Assembly: GCA_964016885.1 (NCBI GenBank)
Contig: OZ024740.1
Span: forward strand, 255,192,001 to 255,256,000
From: Eledone cirrhosa
Lineage: Eukaryota
Length of the DNA: 64,000 nucleotides
Direction of reading: 5' to 3'
Both the position numbers and the translations under genes were made by a program. Position 1 is the stretch's first letter, and each line of letters begins with the position of its first letter. Below are positions 48,025-59,740 of the stretch, one piece after another. The notes beneath the pieces were generated by a model that was given only the letters and a program-made list of their open reading frames with translations, had not been told where the DNA came from and searched no databases.

Positions 48025-48735
48025 GAAAATTAGAGTTAAAACTCCAATTGAAACCCTGTAACTATTAAGCTCCAAGTATAATATACTGAGCCGATTAATA
48101 ATATATATGCAGTAAGAAACACAGTAAACCGTGTGTCTAATATTACATCCTGGTTATTACATCTAATATTGCTTCTTGGTTAAATATTTCAAACAAATGT
48201 GGTTTTTCAACCCTTGTAATATTAGACACACGGTTTACTGTGTTTCTTACTGCATATATATTATTAATCGGCTCAGTATTTTATACTTGGAGCTTAATAG
48301 TTACAGGGTTTCAATTGGAGTTTTAACTCTAATTTTCATTTATATTTCTGCTCCCTCACAAGTCGAGCTTATTAAGTTGTGTGTGTTGGACTGCTGTTTC
48401 TATTCAATACACGCTTACCACGTTTGACTAGCGGCGCACGAGGTGATAAATTTCATCTTTCTGTGTGAACGTTGGTACATAGTGTTTGTTGCATTTAATC
48501 AGATTCTCTCGCTGATGATGCCTAAGGATTATCTGTTACAAACACACTCAGGGCGAAACAGATTAGGGATAATCTGTCCGAGAGATAAAATGGTTATTGA
48601 GGCGGTTGTATAAAATATATTTCTATTTTATCATTCTGTCTGCTTCTTGGTTAAATATTTCAAACAAATGTGGTTTTTCAACCCTTGTAATATTAGACAC
48701 ACGGTTTACTGTGTTTCTTACTGCATATATATTAT
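48017..48735 (+). mobile_element. Non-coding HHR element: 471-nt unit with 95-bp terminal direct repeat and an inverted 5' segment (retrozyme or non-autonomous PLE-like)
   Basis: Direct repeat 48170-48264 = 48641-48735; inverted repeat 48017-48147 versus 48215-48345; HHR at 48505-48585. Confidence 0.75.
48505..48585 (+). ncRNA. Canonical type I hammerhead ribozyme; predicted cleavage after C48578
   Basis: UCUCUCG-CUGAUGA-u-GCCU...GGGC-GAAA-CAGAUUA-ggga-UAAUCUG-UC^-CGAGAGA; 7-bp stem I, 7-bp stem III and a GUC triplet. Confidence 0.88.
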
Positions 48736-48818
48736 ATATATGCAGTACATTTTGTAGACATCATTATCAATGTTAGAGAAGTATCATTGTTTTACAACCA
48801 GTTTTTTTAACGCAGGAA

Positions 48819-48939
<121 letters not shown>

Positions 48940-49060
48940 CACAAAAAATATATTTAAAGGTTCTGTTTTTCCTTTTTTCTTCTTTGATTCGTCAAAGTGA
49001 TATTATTGAAAAAATGAGAGGAACAATTTTAAAAAAAAAGAAGTTTTATAAAGTATATAA

Positions 49061-49108
49061 AATATAACCGGTTTCGATGTATCAGTGTGAACCATCTTAT
49101 CAAATGTT
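49061..49108 (-). ncRNA. Minimal type I hammerhead motif, U3:A8 core variant
   Basis: AACAU-UUGAUAA-GAUG-loop-CAUC-GAAA-CCGG-UU^-AUAUU; palindromic ACCGGU stem III; one mismatch in stem I. Confidence 0.6.
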
Positions 49109-49374
49109 AAATATCACAATTAAAAAGAATTAAAATTTAAAATTTAAAATTAAGTGTTGAAGAAGGTCTGTTCAGTTTTCTTGTTGAGAAGAAGACTGGG
49201 TTAAAAATGAAACCTTATATATACTATCAGAAAAACCGCCTACGTGCGGTTTTCTGCTTAGCTTTTGTAGTGTGCATATTGGTATTATACGCAAATATAT
49301 ATATGTAAATTGAAAAGTAAATTGACAATATCTTCTTCGCCCACTTATTTCTGAGAGGGTCGTGGGGGGGGGGG

Positions 49375-49980
49375 GAGAGTCCTTCTCAAACACTTCTTCC
49401 AGTGAGTCTGTCAGTAGCAAACATCTCTAACTGATGCAGCTGGATCCCAAAGCGTGACCAGCATGGATGTTATCCAACTATCTTGCTCAGGGTCTACCTC
49501 TGGGTCTCTTGCCGGTTGGTTTTGCCTGTAAAATGTGTCCAGTGATTCTTTACTGAGACATTTTAACCACATGCCCATAACATCAGAGTTGTGATCTCTC
49601 AATTCAGAGAAGTAGCGGCTCTACCAGGAGTGACTCTCTGGTCTCTGAGTTATGTACTTTATCGAGTAAAGTTACTCCAAAGACCCTTCGGAGGAATCCC
49701 ATTTCTGCCACTTTTATTTGCAATTGTATTCTTTTGGTCATTACTCAAGATTCATGATCCTCGGTAAGAGTTGGCAGGAACACCAGGAAGACAGCGAGTT
49801 TGGCTTTTACACCTACCCCCTTCTTCTGGTTGCTGAATGCTGAGGCTGGCGCATTACTGCATCAGCTTTTGCAATTCTTGCACTTAATTCAGCCTCCTGC
49901 ATTCCATCACTCATGAACACGGCTCCAAGATACTTGAACTTCTCTAACTGCTTCAGTAGAACTCCATTCACATGTATATA
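49375..49980 (-). mobile_element. Degenerate 3' fragment of an RTE-clade LINE
   Basis: NGVLLKQLEKFKYLGAVFMSDG...ELSARIAKA is a typical RTE thumb region; the downstream frames are degenerate. Confidence 0.65.
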
Positions 49981-50174
49981 AATTTGAGGGACTTCTGTCC
50001 ACCCGTCCACCACACAATGTGTTTGTGTGTTTGTGTGAATGTATGTGTGAGTAAAAGAAAGGAAAGGGATACACACATATATATGTCTAACTTAAAAATA
50101 GTGACACACACACACGTGTCTCTAATTTAAGAACGCCGACAAAATCACGCGCGCGCACAGACACACACTGTCCT

Positions 50175-50860
50175 ATTACCACTTAAGAGCTTTGACCCGG
50201 GCAAACATCCCCTCAATTTTGGAACCGTCTGGGTTGTCCGGAATAGATGGGAAAAGACTTGACGGTCTTACTCTGTGCTCCTGGTCAAGAGGCAGATGCA
50301 TTATCTGGGACGTTACAGTTAGTGATTCTTTTGCTTCTTCCCAAATCCTGGATGCAGCAGTAAGGGCGAGAGCTACAGCATCCGCAGCTGAACGGAACAA
50401 AATCCTAAAATACTGTGTTCTGCCAGCTAACTACGTTATCCAGCCTGTGGCGTTCGAGACGTTTGGGGGAGTCAGGCTACTGACAGCGAAGTTCTTATCT
50501 TCACTGGCAGCTCGCCAAACAGAGCTAACTGGTGCTGCTCGTGAGGGCACTTGGTTGTTCCAGCACCTTAGCCTCGCCATCACCCCAGTTAACGCGAGCG
50601 TACTGGCTTGTCAGAAAAATTATTAGAGAGGTTTCCCAGTGCTCCTCGCTATATTGTTATCTTTTGCTCTGGTAGCGCTTCGTTTGTCCACTCTTTTGCC
50701 TGCATTTTGTTCTATAGGGTCTAAGATGTGTGTATTACGTGCTTGTGTATTTTTTCTCTTTCTTTTTTTCCCTTTCCTTTGTATATATGATATTTGTTAG
50801 TGTTTTCGTTCTGTAATCATTATATTAAATTTTTATACAAATGAGTTTAAAAAAAAAAAA
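50175..50860 (+). mobile_element. 5'-truncated CRE-clade RLE LINE with poly(A) tail
   Basis: ORF 50192..50626: EP.GL...GKRLDG...WDVTV...AE..K..KY...P.AFETFG. A-run at 50849-50860. Confidence 0.75.
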
Positions 50861-51415
50861 GAGTTAAACTGTGTTGTTAATAAATAAATAAAAAGTTGTA
50901 TTTCATTTTACCCTCCCATTTTCAATTCATCGAACGTTGATATCATGACTGTATGTGTGTGCTTGTGTAAATGTATATGTGTGAAAGTATGTGTATTTGT
51001 GTGAATGTATGTCCGTGAGCGTATTTTATAAGTTTGTGTTTGCTCGATTATAGTTATATACTCATGCATGTGCACATACACATAGATACGCGTCAGCGTG
51101 TAGAAAATCATAATCACTATCTATCTGTATCTTTCTGATCGCACACTCTCTCTTTCTATATATATCGTAGTTGAAGTGGTGGTGGTGGTGGCGGCGATAT
51201 ACCGGAAGTGTAGAAATTTGGAACTTTGAAAAGAAGTCAATTTTAAATAAGCAATGAAATTATTTATATTAAATTTAATAAAAAATTACGAACATTAGTA
51301 CATAAATTATGTACTATTCATTTATTCATTCATTATTTATTCAAAGTAATCCAACTTATTTTACTAACGGGATCAAAAGAAATAACCCGTACGCAGTCGC
51401 GCACTCCCGCATTCC

Positions 51416-52082
51416 TTACTTTATTATAGTATAGATATATAGAGAGGTTTTTCTGTAGGTGTTTCTGGGGTTGAAGGTGGATACATATGGTAAGGTATTG
51501 TTCGTGGTTCTGTAATTGTTAAGTTGATTAAAATTTACGTGTTTTGCTCTGTCTATTCCGTTATTAATTATGTCAAGTGGGAAGGCTCTTAAGGTAAGTG
51601 TGTTTTTTAGTTCATTTAGTCTTTGTTCCTTTTTAGTTGGGTCTGATACTCTGGTGCATATACGTTTGGCTAAGTTAAAAGGAATGTTATGTTTTGTATG
51701 TTCTGGGTGATTTGATGTGAAGAAGATGTACTGTTTGGAGTCCGAGGGTTTATAAAAGTTGTCTGTTTCTATTTTTCCATCTGTTTTTAAAATAAGGATA
51801 TCCAAGAAGGGTAATTCCTTGGAGTTGTATGTTATTGTTAATGTTGTTTATCATCTTTTTGAAAATAGTGAGTGTATTCATGTTTTCATGCCATAGTATA
51901 AAGCAATCGGCTAGGTATCTCTTCCAATTATTTTTGAGATGTGTAAGGAAAGAGTCACCGAATAATAGAAGGGATGGTTGTAGATTTGTTGTTCGTGGAA
52001 TCCCATGACTAAGTTGGCGTATGTGCGGGCTACCTTTGTGCCCATTGCAGTACCTGAGATTTGTCGGTATGTTGAACGTAAG
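51416..52082 (-). mobile_element. Penelope-like RT fragment
   Basis: [11 protein letters not shown]...YANL.M, then LDILI...FYKPSDSKQY...HP.H.K.NIPFNLA.RI; related to the element at 58.4-62.5 kb. Confidence 0.8.
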
Positions 52083-52176
52083 AAATATATATATATAAAT
52101 AAAATTAAAATTTTATTTCTCGCCCTAGCACAACTGATACATAAATGTAAGTATGCATACGTACACACACACACAC

Positions 52177-52228
<52 letters not shown>

Positions 52229-52331
52229 GTATTGGTTATATCGAACATTAATAATAATGTTCGATTCGAATCTAACATTATTATTAATGTTCGATATAAC
52301 CCATACGTACATATGTATATGTATATATGTT

Positions 52332-52401
<70 letters not shown>

Positions 52402-52451
52402 AACATATATACATATACATATGTACGTATGGGTTATATCGAACATTAATA

Positions 52452-52572
<121 letters not shown>

Positions 52573-52708
52573 TCTGCATACTTAAATATATATATATATA
52601 TAAAAAGACCCCTTCGGTCATGAATGACCATGGGATTTGCACCTATATATATATATATATATATATACGATATTAAATAAATGGAAACTATATTTATAAA
52701 ACCATATT

Positions 52709-52774
52709 TATTTCATTATATATATTTCAGGGATATCATATTAAAAATATGTTATGCCTTCTTCAGACAAAATA
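52709..52774 (-). ncRNA. Type I hammerhead motif in the inverted pLTR copy
   Basis: Reverse complement of the motif at 55146-55211. Confidence 0.55.
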
Positions 52775-52939
52775 CAATATAAACAGTCTTATAAATAGAT
52801 AGATTCGACATACCTTTCAACTTCGACTTCTATTTGAATCTCATCTAATAAAATAATCTCATCTAATAAAAAGATTTTCGACGAAAAAGCCCAGTATTAC
52901 AATGAAGCGTTAGCTAGAGCAGGATATAGTGATAAAATT

Positions 52940-53743
52940 ATGTACATCGATAATAATACACAAACTAACCAAAATAACAACAATTTTAATTACGGCAACA
53001 ACTTTAACAACTATAATAGAAAGCATTACAATAATTCCAAAAGCCAAAAAAGAAATAGAACTAGGAATATAATATGGTTTGCCCCCGCTTTCTCACTAAA
53101 CATTAAAACCCACATCGCTAAACTATTTTTTAATGCTCTTGATAATCGCTTCCCTAGAACACATAGGTATCACTCAATTTTCAATAGACATACTATAAAA
53201 TTAACTTACTCATCCACCAAAAATTTAGCACAAAATATTAATAGAATAAATAATAGGAATTTAAAACCTAGCCAAAATACCGATAATAGCATAAATAATA
53301 TCCAAGTTAACAAATGTAACTGTAGAGATAGATCTAAATGTCCGTTAAATAACAATTGCTTAGTTAAAAATATAATATACAACTGTAATGTTAAAACGGA
53401 CTTAAATTCTTTTAACTATGTTGGTTCCATCTCGACAGAATTTAAACTTCGCTATAATAACCACAAGAATTCTTTCACAGATCCAAGCAAAAAACCCTCA
53501 ACATCACTATCAGGCCTACTCTGGCAACTTAGGCATGATAACGTTGGATATTCAACGGCTTGGAATATAGTCTCAAGAGGGATTCCTTTTAATTCATCCT
53601 CTGAGTCATGTGACCTCTGCGCGGAGGAGATATTCTTTATACTAAAATCTAAAAATTCCCTTAATTTACGGACAAATTTATTCAGTTGCTGCAGACATAG
53701 ATTGAACTCAACTTTTAAATATAAATATAAATTTAAAATGTAG
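52940..53743 (+). CDS. C-terminal part of a PLE protein (linker plus GIY-YIG endonuclease)
   Basis: RNIIWFAPAFS, CNCRDRSKCPLNNNCL, IIY...NYVGS, FKLRYNNH, CDLC..E, CRH. Confidence 0.8.
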   Translation: MYIDNNTQTNQNNNNFNYGNNFNNYNRKHYNNSKSQKRNRTRNIIWFAPAFSLNIKTHIAKLFFNALDNRFPRTHRYHSIFNRHTIKLTYSSTKNLAQNINRINNRNLKPSQNTDNSINNIQVNKCNCRDRSKCPLNNNCLVKNIIYNCNVKTDLNSFNYVGSISTEFKLRYNNHKNSFTDPSKKPSTSLSGLLWQLRHDNVGYSTAWNIVSRGIPFNSSSESCDLCAEEIFFILKSKNSLNLRTNLFSCCRHRLNSTFKYKYKFKM

Positions 53744-55145
53744 TATATTTAATTTGATTTATAATTATCTATGAAACTCGCCGATAAATCTTTCGATTCC
53801 TTTTTATTTTAAACATTCTTCATGAATAATTAAACTACCCTAAAAGCTGATGCTCCAAATATATCGAATAAATTTTACACTAGATAAACTTCTATATTAA
53901 ATATAAGACCATCTGTAGATCAAATGGGTATCCTAAACTTTGGAATGTTTTCTGCTAGACAGGATTTGGTAAATAATTTTGGTTTTGTTTGCTTTTGATT
54001 CTGATGCTTATAACGAACTTGGCAATATATTGTCAATTAACTTTGAAGGGTTGATCTCTGTGGTTGATTTGCGGGGCATACTATGTTTTATTTTTATTTT
54101 TATTTTAATATTTGTAATATTTTTAATATTTTTATTTTTAATATTTTTTTGATTTTTTGTTTTTTATTTATTTTTTATTTACTTTTTACTTTTTGTTTCT
54201 GATATTTTTATCGATATATTGATATCTGTTCTCTATTTGTGCTTGAACGATAATCATGTAGAGTAAAGACATGAATAATATTGTTAAAATTAATGTAGAC
54301 TCTATATATATTTGTGTGTATGTACACATATATGTATACTTAAATTTTTATAGCACAATGAGAATGTTTTCGTGTGAAATAGGAATTTGCAGAGCTGATC
54401 ACGTAAATTCACATGGATGTATATAGTATAAAATCTGGGATAACCTTCTATTTTATCTCAACTCTAATATAAACCTTGGAATTTTGAACTAGACATATGA
54501 TCATTATTTTTCACACATTATTGATACGTGTCTCATTCATGAATACTGATATTTACATTATAATGCCTGTTTTATACGAATTGATATTTTTTACATTGAT
54601 GAAATATTTTTTACATTGATGAAACATAGTGTTTAATTCTGCCTCGTTTTTGTCTGGATATTTTTCTTTTTTCTTTTCTCTCTATGTAACGGCTGTTTTC
54701 TCTCTTAACCACATATATCTCTCTACATTAATACTAGAGCTAAATAAATAAATAAATAAATAAATATATCATTGATACGTCATTCAACTGGTGCTCAACT
54801 ACCTAGTTTCTTTCTCTCTATCTCTATCTATATCTATCTCTCTATATTTTCTATCTCTCTCTCTCCTCTCTTCTCTCTCTCTCTCTCTCTATCTATCTCC
54901 CTCTGTGTTTTTTCCTCTCTCTATATATCTCTCTCTGTTTCTTTACATGAATTTCTTCTCTATATCTATCTCTCTATATCTTTCTCTCTCTATTTAGTTG
55001 CATGCATTTCTTCTTTTTCTTCGTTTTTCTTTCTTTCTTTTTATAACTGTCCCTAATATTTTTTCACTACCAAATCAACTTTTCAAATAGAAGTCGAAGT
55101 TGAAAGGTATGTCGAATCTATCTATTTATAAGACTGTTTATATTG

Positions 55146-55211
55146 TATTTTGTCTGAAGAAGGCATAACATATTTTTAATATAATATCCCTGAAATATAT
55201 ATAATGAAATA
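55146..55211 (+). ncRNA. Type I hammerhead motif in the pLTR
   Basis: AUUUUGU-CUGAAGA-AGG...CCU-GAAA-UAUAUA-UA^-AUGAAAU; palindromic stem III; stem I contains G-U pairs. Confidence 0.6.
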
Positions 55212-55338
55212 AATATGGTTTTATAAATATAGTTTCCATTTATTTAATATCGTAAATATACTCCAAATACTTGTTGAGTGCTTTTATATCAGTTATAAAT
55301 TTTTACTCGTTGTTAACCCAACAATTTAAATAAAACTT

Positions 55339-55488
<150 letters not shown>

Positions 55489-56409
55489 ATACAATAACAG
55501 AGATAGTTTAAAGCTAAACTCTGACTGGTAACCATCTCACTCAACAAACATTAGGTTATATTTTAATATAAACCCAATTTAAGTGTTTGGGGTGCTAACA
55601 ATATGTATTATGTGGAAAAGCCAGTTGTATTATTTTATGAGATATAATTAAAGTTAAAATAAATCTCTCTTTCCAAACAATTATTTCATTATAAGTTTTC
55701 TACAAATTGGGAGAATATTTCCAGTTTATGTAGAAGCCTAATATACATTCATGTAAGAATATATTTAGGTGGGCGTTTATAAATCATCAGTGGAAGCCCA
55801 TTAAACTTTGATATAAGAAAAAAATTCTTACCGCAGTTAAAAATCGTGTCTGTTAAGTTGCTCCCTCTCGCATCGAATGACCACCAAATTTGAAATTCCA
55901 GCAGTTTTTGACTGATGAAGTATTATAGCGTCACCAAGCGGGAAAATATATACATACATATATACATACATAAACATCTATCTATTATCTTTTATTGTCT
56001 CCTACTCTCATTCGATTTACCTATTCTATAACCTCCCTCCTCTACTTCATACACTATCCTTAGAATCTGCTGTATACATATCACTTTCACCGCTTGACCG
56101 CTCCACTCGCACCCCTATTGTTCTAGAGGCAAGTTCAGCCACCCCTACCTCCCACCAAATGCCATGATAGACATATTTGTGTTTACAACAAATTTTAACC
56201 AATCCTCTTGACAACTACAATCTTCCCATTAAGTAAGTACCCCCTTGACAAGTTCGGCTATTTATTCACCAGGCTAAAAATGCTTTAATTTAGTCCAGTA
56301 ATAGCCGTCGAAACGGCTTGAGCTCTGCCGTCGGGGCCATACTTTTCCTATATATATATATATATATTTATAATATATAAGATCAAAAGATGGTTAAAAG
56401 AGTTCCATG

Positions 56410-56480
56410 TATTTTATTATGCGCATTTCAAAAACAAATATCATCATGCAATAATATTTGTGTTTTCATCAGATAAAATA
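56410..56480 (-). ncRNA. Type I hammerhead ribozyme (family C)
   Basis: Reverse complement of 58199-58269. Confidence 0.75.
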
Positions 56481-57700
56481 GGAAGACATGATATGAAGGT
56501 TAAAAAACACTTGTGAATAGTGCAGTTTTAAATCAACACATGAAAAGTAGTTTTAGATTGAAGTGTGATATTGGGAAAAAAATTTTTTGACGGGGGGAGG
56601 TTGGAAAGGATGAAAAAGAGGAGGAGATGAGAGTAAAAAGTGGAGGGGGAGGAGTATAATGAGTAAGGATGTGATAGGAGGAGAGATGGGTGATAGAGAG
56701 AGAGAGAGATAGCTTTTATAACTGAGAAAAATATATTGTTTTACATAGAGAGGTTGAAAAACCGTTGGAAGATAATGTATAAATTATCTTATAATAGATA
56801 ATGTATAAATTATCTATCACTCGTTAATAATCTCTCTAATCGCAATTGCAATTGCCCTGTTAAAAATAAATATCCTCTCAACAACCATTGTCTTGATAAA
56901 AACTTAATCTACGAATGTAAAGTTATAACTGACACCAATTCCTTCACCTATTTTGGCTCCACTTCCACCTCTTTTAAAGCTCCTCTTTATAACCATCATT
57001 CGTCTTTTAAATACAAACTTAAAAGAACCAACACAGCTCTCTCAGAACTCATATGGTCCTTGAAAGACAAAAATATTAAATATAACATCTCTTGGAAAAA
57101 GGTTTATTCTGCTTCTTCCTACTTGAACAGTTCTCTATCCAAGACTTGCAATCTCTGTCTAAATGAAAAATTTACCATTATATCTAATTTAGATTCTATA
57201 ATAAATAGACGCACTGACTTGTTTTCTCTCTGCTTGCATAAATTCCACAGAACATTCCATAAAGTATACAGCTAATATCCAATACTTTATCAATTTAGAA
57301 TCCTTTTCTCAAAGGCACATATTTATATATATACTTCTTTAAAAATATACCCATCTTTCTACCTTATTTCAAAGTTATTTATTATACATTATATAATACT
57401 TGTTACTCATTCTATATCACTCCTATTTATCACTTCCCTTTCTTCCTTTTCCTTTTCTTTTCTTTTTCTTTTAATTTCTAACCCCTAATCTGTACCTTTT
57501 CTCACTGTGCCTAACATAGAAACAATTATTACACAATACAATATATTCTTACTTTGTATCACCTTGAAAAAATCCTTCGTAAACATAAACACATTTTTTT
57601 GACGTTCATCCTCAATTCATTATTTTTTCTCCCTTTCATCTAACTTATTCATGCTCATCTCACAATATATCCTTACTTACATTACTTTTGTTTTTTTAAT

Positions 57701-57872
57701 AATACATATCAACATTTTCTTTCCATCGCACATATTATTAAACCCTTAAATATTATTCTTAATACATATTAACATTTTCTTTCCATCGCACATATTATTA
57801 AACCCTTAAATATTATTCTTAATACATATTAACAATTTCTTTTCATCGCACATATTATTAAACCCTTCAATA
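57701..57872. repeat. 60-bp tandem repeat, about 3 copies, in the PLE 3' UTR
   Basis: Units start at 57701, 57761 and 57821. Confidence 0.85.
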
Positions 57873-58198
57873 TACAAATCTTAACTTTACATTATTTTTC
57901 TCTTCGTTAATTTTCAAATTCTTTTAATTTATACATTATCTTCCAACGGTTTTTCAACCTCTCTATGTAAAACAATATATTTTTCTCAGTTATAAAAGCT
58001 ATCTCTCTCTCTCTATCACCCACCTCTCCTCCTATCTCATCCTTCCTCATTATACTCCTCCCCCTCCACGTTTTACTCTCATCTCCTCCTCTTTTTCATC
58101 CTTCCCAATATCACACATCAATCTAAAACTACTTTTCATATGTTGATTTAAAACTGCACTATTCACAAGTGTTTTTTAACCTTCATATCATGTCTTCC

Positions 58199-58269
58199 TA
58201 TTTTATCTGATGAAAACACAAATATTATTGCATGATGATATTTGTTTTTGAAATGCGCATAATAAAATA
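58199..58269 (+). ncRNA. Type I hammerhead ribozyme (family C); predicted cleavage after A58261
   Basis: UAUUUUAU-CUGAUGA-long stem II-GAAA-UGCGCA-UA^-AUAAAAUA; 8-bp stem I and palindromic AUGCGCAU stem III. Confidence 0.8.
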
Positions 58270-58379
58270 CATGGATCTCTTTTAACCATCTTTTGATCTT
58301 ATATATTATGTATACTCCAGTCCTACTTCTTATCCGATATCTGCATTGCTTTATTGTACTACAATAAAACTCACCTCCT

Positions 58380-58431
<52 letters not shown>

Positions 58432-58563
58432 GTGAGGTTTTTTTTACAAAATGAAAAATAACCGAGGTGCCCTACACGAGTGAAAGTATAAAGAAAAAAA
58501 AGATGAAATCGAAAATGCAACTGGAGTCTTATTTTTAAAATAATATATATATTTATTTGGTTC

Positions 58564-58599
58564 CTTTACCGGTTTCGCAGTTCTTCTGCTTTTCAAAAG
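58564..58599 (-). ncRNA. Minimal type I hammerhead motif, U3:A8 core variant
   Basis: CUU-UUGAAAA-GCAG-aagaa-CUGC-GAAA-CCGG-UA^-AAG; located at the 3' end of the PLE, in the sense orientation. Confidence 0.6.
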
Positions 58600-59432
58600 T
58601 AGAGTTGAGATGGATGGTATGTGGTTTTTCTCACATCTGGTTGGTCTCTGAATGTTACTTGTTTTATATGGAAAAAGTGGCTCGAAATGCCAGGTTTTTT
58701 TAGAAGTAATTTGATTGGTTAGTCAATAATTATAATAAATTTTGCGCCAGTTCGCATTACAAAGTTCTTCAAACAGGGGAGGGGGTGTCACAGGTTGTTT
58801 TTTCATATATGAGTGTTTGAATTTCTTTTTACTTAATAAAAAGGGGGCTCACGAAGGCTTTTTTTAAATAAAATTAATTTGATTGGTTATAAATGAAATT
58901 ATGGCTGTCACGTGAACAAGTTTTCATTAAATCTTCGCGCCCTTATTTGGAAATCTATTCTGTAGCCTTTTTAGAGAATTTTTTGACAAGCGAAAGATAA
59001 TGGTCAAGAGAAATTGGATGTGAGAATTGTTCTGGTTCAGTGAATATGGTTAGTTCGCTGGGGTGTCAGAATTCAGATTTTCTATTGAAGTAAAGAAAGT
59101 AAAGATGTGTATGTTTATTTGTGTGCTTGTGTGTGTGTGTGTGTGTCTGTGTGTGTGTGTGTGTATTGGAAGATGATTCTATTAGTAGAAATGGGGGAAG
59201 GAGTTGTGTGTGTGTGTATATGGGTGTTATGTGTGTGTGTGTGGGAGTATGTTAAGAAGGAGAGAATATATATATTTTGTGTGTGTGTATATATGTGTGT
59301 AGGAAAGTGATTTTATTAGTAGAAATGGGGGAGGGAGTTGTGTGTGTGGGTGTGGGGGTTATTATGTGTGTGTATGGGTGTTATGTGTGTGGGAGTATGG
59401 TTAGCATGTTAAGATGAAGAGAATATATATAT

Positions 59433-59475
<43 letters not shown>

Positions 59476-59740
59476 GAAAATGATTCCTTTAGTAGGAATA
59501 TTTTTGAATGAACATATTTTCCTTACTTATTCGTATTTGTTCTGTTGTATTGTCAGTGCAAACGTATGTTAAGGTTTATTCAATTCGGGTTTTTATTTTC
59601 GAAAGTAGAAGGTATGTGAGTGTATATGTGTCTGTTTGGATGGTTAGCATGTTATGGTGTTGACATAATGTATCTTAAACCATATTTAATGCTGGTCTAT
59701 ATTTTTGAATAAACATATTTTCATTATTTATTCGTATTTG

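Larger units (their letters stand above)
52667..55330 (+). mobile_element. 5'-truncated Penelope-like element (Naiad-like) with an inverted 5' pLTR copy (52667-52838 = reverse complement of 55083-55253)
   Basis: GIY-YIG ORF 52940..53743; both arms of the inverted repeat contain an HHR. Confidence 0.85.
56372..58385 (+). mobile_element. Penelope-like 3' fragment with an inverted pLTR (56372-56785 versus 57925-58308)
   Basis: Degenerate GIY-YIG at 56840-57275 (LIY...TYFGST, CNLC..E, CLH), a roughly 400-bp inverted repeat, and an HHR in each arm. Confidence 0.8.
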
